From Cyanophora paradoxa CCMP329 (lineage: Eukaryota > Plantae > Glaucophyta), in assembly GCA_004431415.1 (NCBI GenBank), contig QPMI01000494.1, positions 558,001-622,000 on the forward strand: DNA of 64,000 nt, written 5' to 3'. A program made the position numbers and the translations under genes. Shown here in pieces: positions 60,100 to 64,000 of this stretch; position 1 is the first letter of the stretch; every line of letters starts with the position of its first letter. The notes beneath the pieces were generated by a model, which had not been told where the DNA came from, did no database searches, and saw only the letters and a program-made list of their open reading frames with translations.

Positions 60100-60534
60100 C
60101 GGATCCACCAGCGCCGGGCCGGGGATCCGGATCCGCGGCCGAGGCTCCGAGGCTCGTGCTGCAGCTGCGGGGCGCGAGTAAGCAACGTTTCGCACGTACG
60201 CCACTCCAATGATTCGACGATCGCTGCACCTGAAGCGCGTATCCACCTGACGTCGCCGCGTCCGGTAACTGCTGCGCTCCCCCTTCTTGCCGCGAGCGAT
60301 CCTCGCAATCTAGAGATGCTTGCGGTGCGGCCCAGCTACTGTGCCGATCGCCGGAGACGCTGGGACAGCGTGGCCCTGCGTGGGAGGTTCTGCGGACCCG
60401 AGTACGCAAATGTGCGTACCCCGGTGACAGCGGCCTTTCTTTCCGCGCAACGGCGAGCACCGGGCGGGGTAGAGAGCGAGTCCAGCCCCTCATTGCAGCT
60501 AATCCTTCCGTCGCCTGCGGCCCCGCAAGGCGGG

Positions 60535-62704
60535 ATGACCGGATCCATAAGCGGACCGGGCATCAGCCCCAGGCTCGAGCGCTTCCTCGATGAGCTGGCA
60601 AGGAGAGCGCCTCCGGACGCGCTCCTACAGCCCACGCGGCCGAAGACGTCGCACTCCCCTCGCACGGCCAAGTCCAGGCTCAGCCAAGGTCCGCCCGGAA
60701 CGCCTCTGTGATGCAGAAGACTCGCAGCTAAGGAATCTGCGGTCCTAAATGCGCCCCGCCCGCCTGCTGACCGCCGCCCGCCCCGCCCGCAGCGCCCCGC
60801 CCGGCAACGTCTGAGGCGGCCTCGGCGCCGCCGGCGCCCGAGACGGCCGGCCTCACTCCGCTAGAGGCGATCGCTCAGCAGGTCGCTCCGCCCGCCCGCG
60901 CCGCCCACTCGCCCTCCCCGGCGCCCGACGGGGCCGCCCGCAGGATGTGGAGCGCCGGGCGATGATCGACAAGGCGCGCGGGCCGCCCGCGCAGCGCCCG
61001 CGGCGCCGCTGAGGCCGCCCGCAGATTATGGCGCAGTACGGCGGGGTCCCCTCGCCCCGCGAGCCGCCCCGCGGGTCCGTCCTGCCCCTCATCGGCGGCG
61101 CCGGCGCGGGGACGCCCGGACTTGGTGAGGCCGAGCCGAGCGCGCGCCGGGCGAACCCGTTGGAGCGCGTCCGGGTCTCTGTCGGCGGCACCTCCGAGCA
61201 CGGCTCGTCCGAGCACCAGGGGCCCGCCCCGGCGCCGGCGCCCGAGAGCCCGCGGGGCGGCGGGGGCGGAGTCGCGATCTCGGTCCGGAGCATGGCGCCC
61301 GTACCCCCGCCGAAGGACGGGCCCCGCCCCGGCTCAGCCGCATCCCGAGCCTCCCGCGCCCCGAGCCGCAGCGGGTGCTTGCTTTCGATCCCGCCCCGCC
61401 CCGATCCATTCTTGGAGCCGCCTCACCGGCCGGCCGCACCGCAGGCGCCCGCGCAAGTCTCGGAGCAAGGAGAAGAAAGACGCGGCGGCGCCCATGGGCG
61501 AGCTCGCCCTCTCAATGGCCCAGGCGCGTGTACCCCCACCCCGCTCCTCCTTTCTATCAATCGCGTACCCCCCCTTCGGCCTGACGCGTACCCTCTCCGC
61601 CCCGCAGCTCGCGCAGCTCGTGCAGCGCGCGCGCGCGGAGCTTCTCGCGCACGACAACGCCCTCGACGCGCTCAAGGTGCCGCCGTACCCCCCCAGGGCT
61701 CACCTGACCCGGCTCATTCCCCACCCCACTCCTCCCAGGAGTCGGTCGGGGGCGTGGTCTCGGCCGCGGGTATGCCGTCGCTCTACGGGCGTCCCTCGGG
61801 GCTGGACTCGCCGGGGGGGTACGGGTACGGGGCGGAGCGGCGCTCGCCCCCGCCGGGCTCGCCCTGGGGCCGGAGCAGCCCGGGGGGGGAGCGCGAGGAC
61901 GACCCCACGCTCCGCGCTCACCTCCCCGAGGCAGGCCCCGGACCCAATCCACTCTTGATCTATCTGATCTGATCTGATGTTCGTCTCTCTTAGGTGCGGA
62001 GCGACGAGAAGCTGACGCAGGAGCACGTTCGGGCGCTCCCCGTCGCCCTCCGCCGCGTCCGGCTCCTCGTGGCTCGCGTCTCGCCCCCCGAGCTCTGCCG
62101 CGCCCTCGCCTCCGCCCTCCAGTGGGTCGACAAGGTGCCGCACCGTACCCCCGTTCTAAAACCGTACCCCGCTTTGAGATGACCGCTTACTCGTACCCCC
62201 CTCTCCCAGTTCCACGAGCGGGCGATGCAGGAGATGTGCTCCCTCTTCGACGCCGGCCTCCGGTACCCCCGCCTCTTCCCCCGCCCTCACGATGCTTGCG
62301 TTCGACGTATGTACCCCCTCAGAACGCTGGCGATCCGGGGGGCGGGCCTGCGGGACGGGGAGGGGGACCCCGTCGCGGCCGGCGGGCTCCGCCTGCAGGT
62401 CCGCCCCCCCCCCCCCCCCTCGCCCCCCTTCCCCCCCTTCCCCCCCCCCCGACCGCTCCCGGCCTGACCCGCCGCTCCCTTCGCTCGCAGGGTGCCGCCC
62501 TCGCCGGGCAGAACCGCGACCTCTCCCGCGTCTGCACCCCCCTCCTCCCCCGCCCCCCCTTCCAACCTCCTCCCCGATGCATCTTAGTCCATCCTACGCC
62601 CTCTTATCTCTCGTCCTCCCTCGTCCTCCTTGCTGGAGCAGCGGCGGATCTCATCCTCAGGGCCTTAGGCTCTTATCCTCCATCCCCCCCGTTGGATCTC
62701 AGAC

Positions 62705-62735
<31 letters not shown>

Positions 62736-64000
62736 CGCCCTCTTACCTCTCGTCCCCTCTCGTACCCAGGCGGTGCTAGAGCTGCGGCGGGAGGTCGACT
62801 CGCTGCACGCGCTCCTCAAGGCCCGCGAGGAGCTCAACCGCCGAAGCGCGTCCCGTGCCCCACGTTAGATCACCTTAAGCTTTAGTTTATCTTAGATCAC
62901 CTTAATCCCCGCCTCGGCTTACTTTAGTTTATCCTAGATCACCTTAAGCTTGGCTTTTATTGGAGCTTAGAAGCCCCTTAAGAAGCTCCCCGCAAGGGCC
63001 CCGCCCCGCCCCTAAACTCAGGCCCGCGAGGAGCTCAACCGCCGAAGCGCGTGGCGCCCCGCCGCCGCCCCGCCCCGCTCCTTAGCTGAGCCTAACTAAG
63101 CTCCTTAGCTGAGCTAATATTTAAAGCTTAGTGTAGGTTAATCTTCGCATAAGCAGACTTGTACTTAAGCCCTCCCCTTTGCTAGGCTCTTAAGCGCGCC
63201 CCGCCCCGTCCCCTCCGCTCCTCGGCTTGGTTCACATCTTTTCGCCTTTGCTTTTCGGCTTGGTTAAGATCGCTTAGCCTTAGAAGCTTGGCCCCGCCCC
63301 GCCCCGCCCCGCCCCGCCCCGCTCAGCTCAAGGCCGCCCCGCCACGCGCCCTCCGCCCCTCCCTTTGCTTAGCGTCCCGCCGACAGCGCGGCCCTGCCCC
63401 TATGAGCCGTAGAGTCCGTTTGAGCTCTAGAAATTGAAGCCTAGAAACGCATTGCTTTCGCTTCGAAGCCTAGAGTCCGTAGAGTCCGTTTGAGCTCTAG
63501 AAACGCTCTGCTTTCGCTTTGGCTGATCATGACGGGGGGGGCGCAGCGATGGAGGGGCTGCTGCGGCCGGCGCGGGACGGGTACGGCTCGGAGGGGGGGG
63601 ACGATATGGACCCCGACGCGACCCTCGAGCGCGCCGCCGCCGCCGCCGCGAAGAAGGCCCGCGCCCGTACCCGTACCCCCCGCGCCCATTTTTGTACCCC
63701 CTGAACTCCGTCCCCCCCAAGCAGGCCGAGCGGGAGCCGTCGGCCTTCGAGAAGGCGATGGACGAGGCCCACAAGGCGCGCGGCATTCTGCTCTGATCTG
63801 CTCTGATCTGATCTGATTCCGATTCTAATCTGATCTGATCCGATCTGATCTCAGGGGCGGGAGGAGCTGGAGGCGGCGGCCTTTCGTGACGCGAAGGAGG
63901 GCGTCGAGGCCGTCCTCGCGAAGGTCACTGAAGCTTCTTTCACCTTCTTCTTACTTCTTCTCGATTCCTTCCCTTGTTCATGGCGTTCTGATCCTCGCCC
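60535..64000 (+). CDS. Hypothetical spliced coiled-coil protein, runs off the right edge (start uncertain)
   Basis: Exons LAQLVQRARAELLAHDNALDALK, VRSDEKLTQEHVRALPVALRRV...LQWVDK|FHERAMQEMCSLFDAGLR, AVLELRREVDSLHALLKAREELNRR and AFEKAMDEAHK|GREELEAAAFRDAKEG, each flanked by GT/GC..AG. Confidence 0.6.

Overview
GC-rich, intron-dense eukaryotic nuclear DNA. The intron style and the F-box/RING/TmcB-type families suggest a flagellated alga or protist; a glaucophyte such as Cyanophora is my guess and is not provable here. Most ORF-track entries are exon fragments or GC-rich antisense artefacts. Spliced genes, left to right: (-) an N-acylated DUF4062-NACHT-WD40 (TEP1/NWD-like) protein running off the left edge; (+) a type I membrane protein with an uncharacterised N-terminal module, about 8 CUB domains and a SEA-like module; (-) a convergent paralogue sharing that N-terminal module; (-) a small hypothetical gene; (+) an SDR dehydrogenase with a long disordered tail; (-) an Arg/Ser-rich POLR1D-isoform-2-like protein; (+) a large TmcB-like polytopic membrane protein whose late intron carries a 5'-truncated LINE-type insertion; (-) an F-box/LRR; (+) a CABLES-like cyclin; (-) a coiled-coil RING protein with an apparent frameshift; (+) a coiled-coil hypothetical gene running off the right edge. 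The two long intergenic gaps (9.6-14.0 kb, 29.2-32.2 kb) hold non-autonomous DNA transposons (CMC-type with 3-bp TSD, hAT-type with 8-bp TSD) amid palindrome tangles. Most notable: the paired receptor family with CUB/SEA/VxP features, the NLR-like lipidated STAND protein, very frequent GC-AG introns, splice-junction duplications that look like intron gain in progress, and the retroelement ORF with a possible nucleosome-tethering motif. Exon boundaries were read by eye and are approximate.
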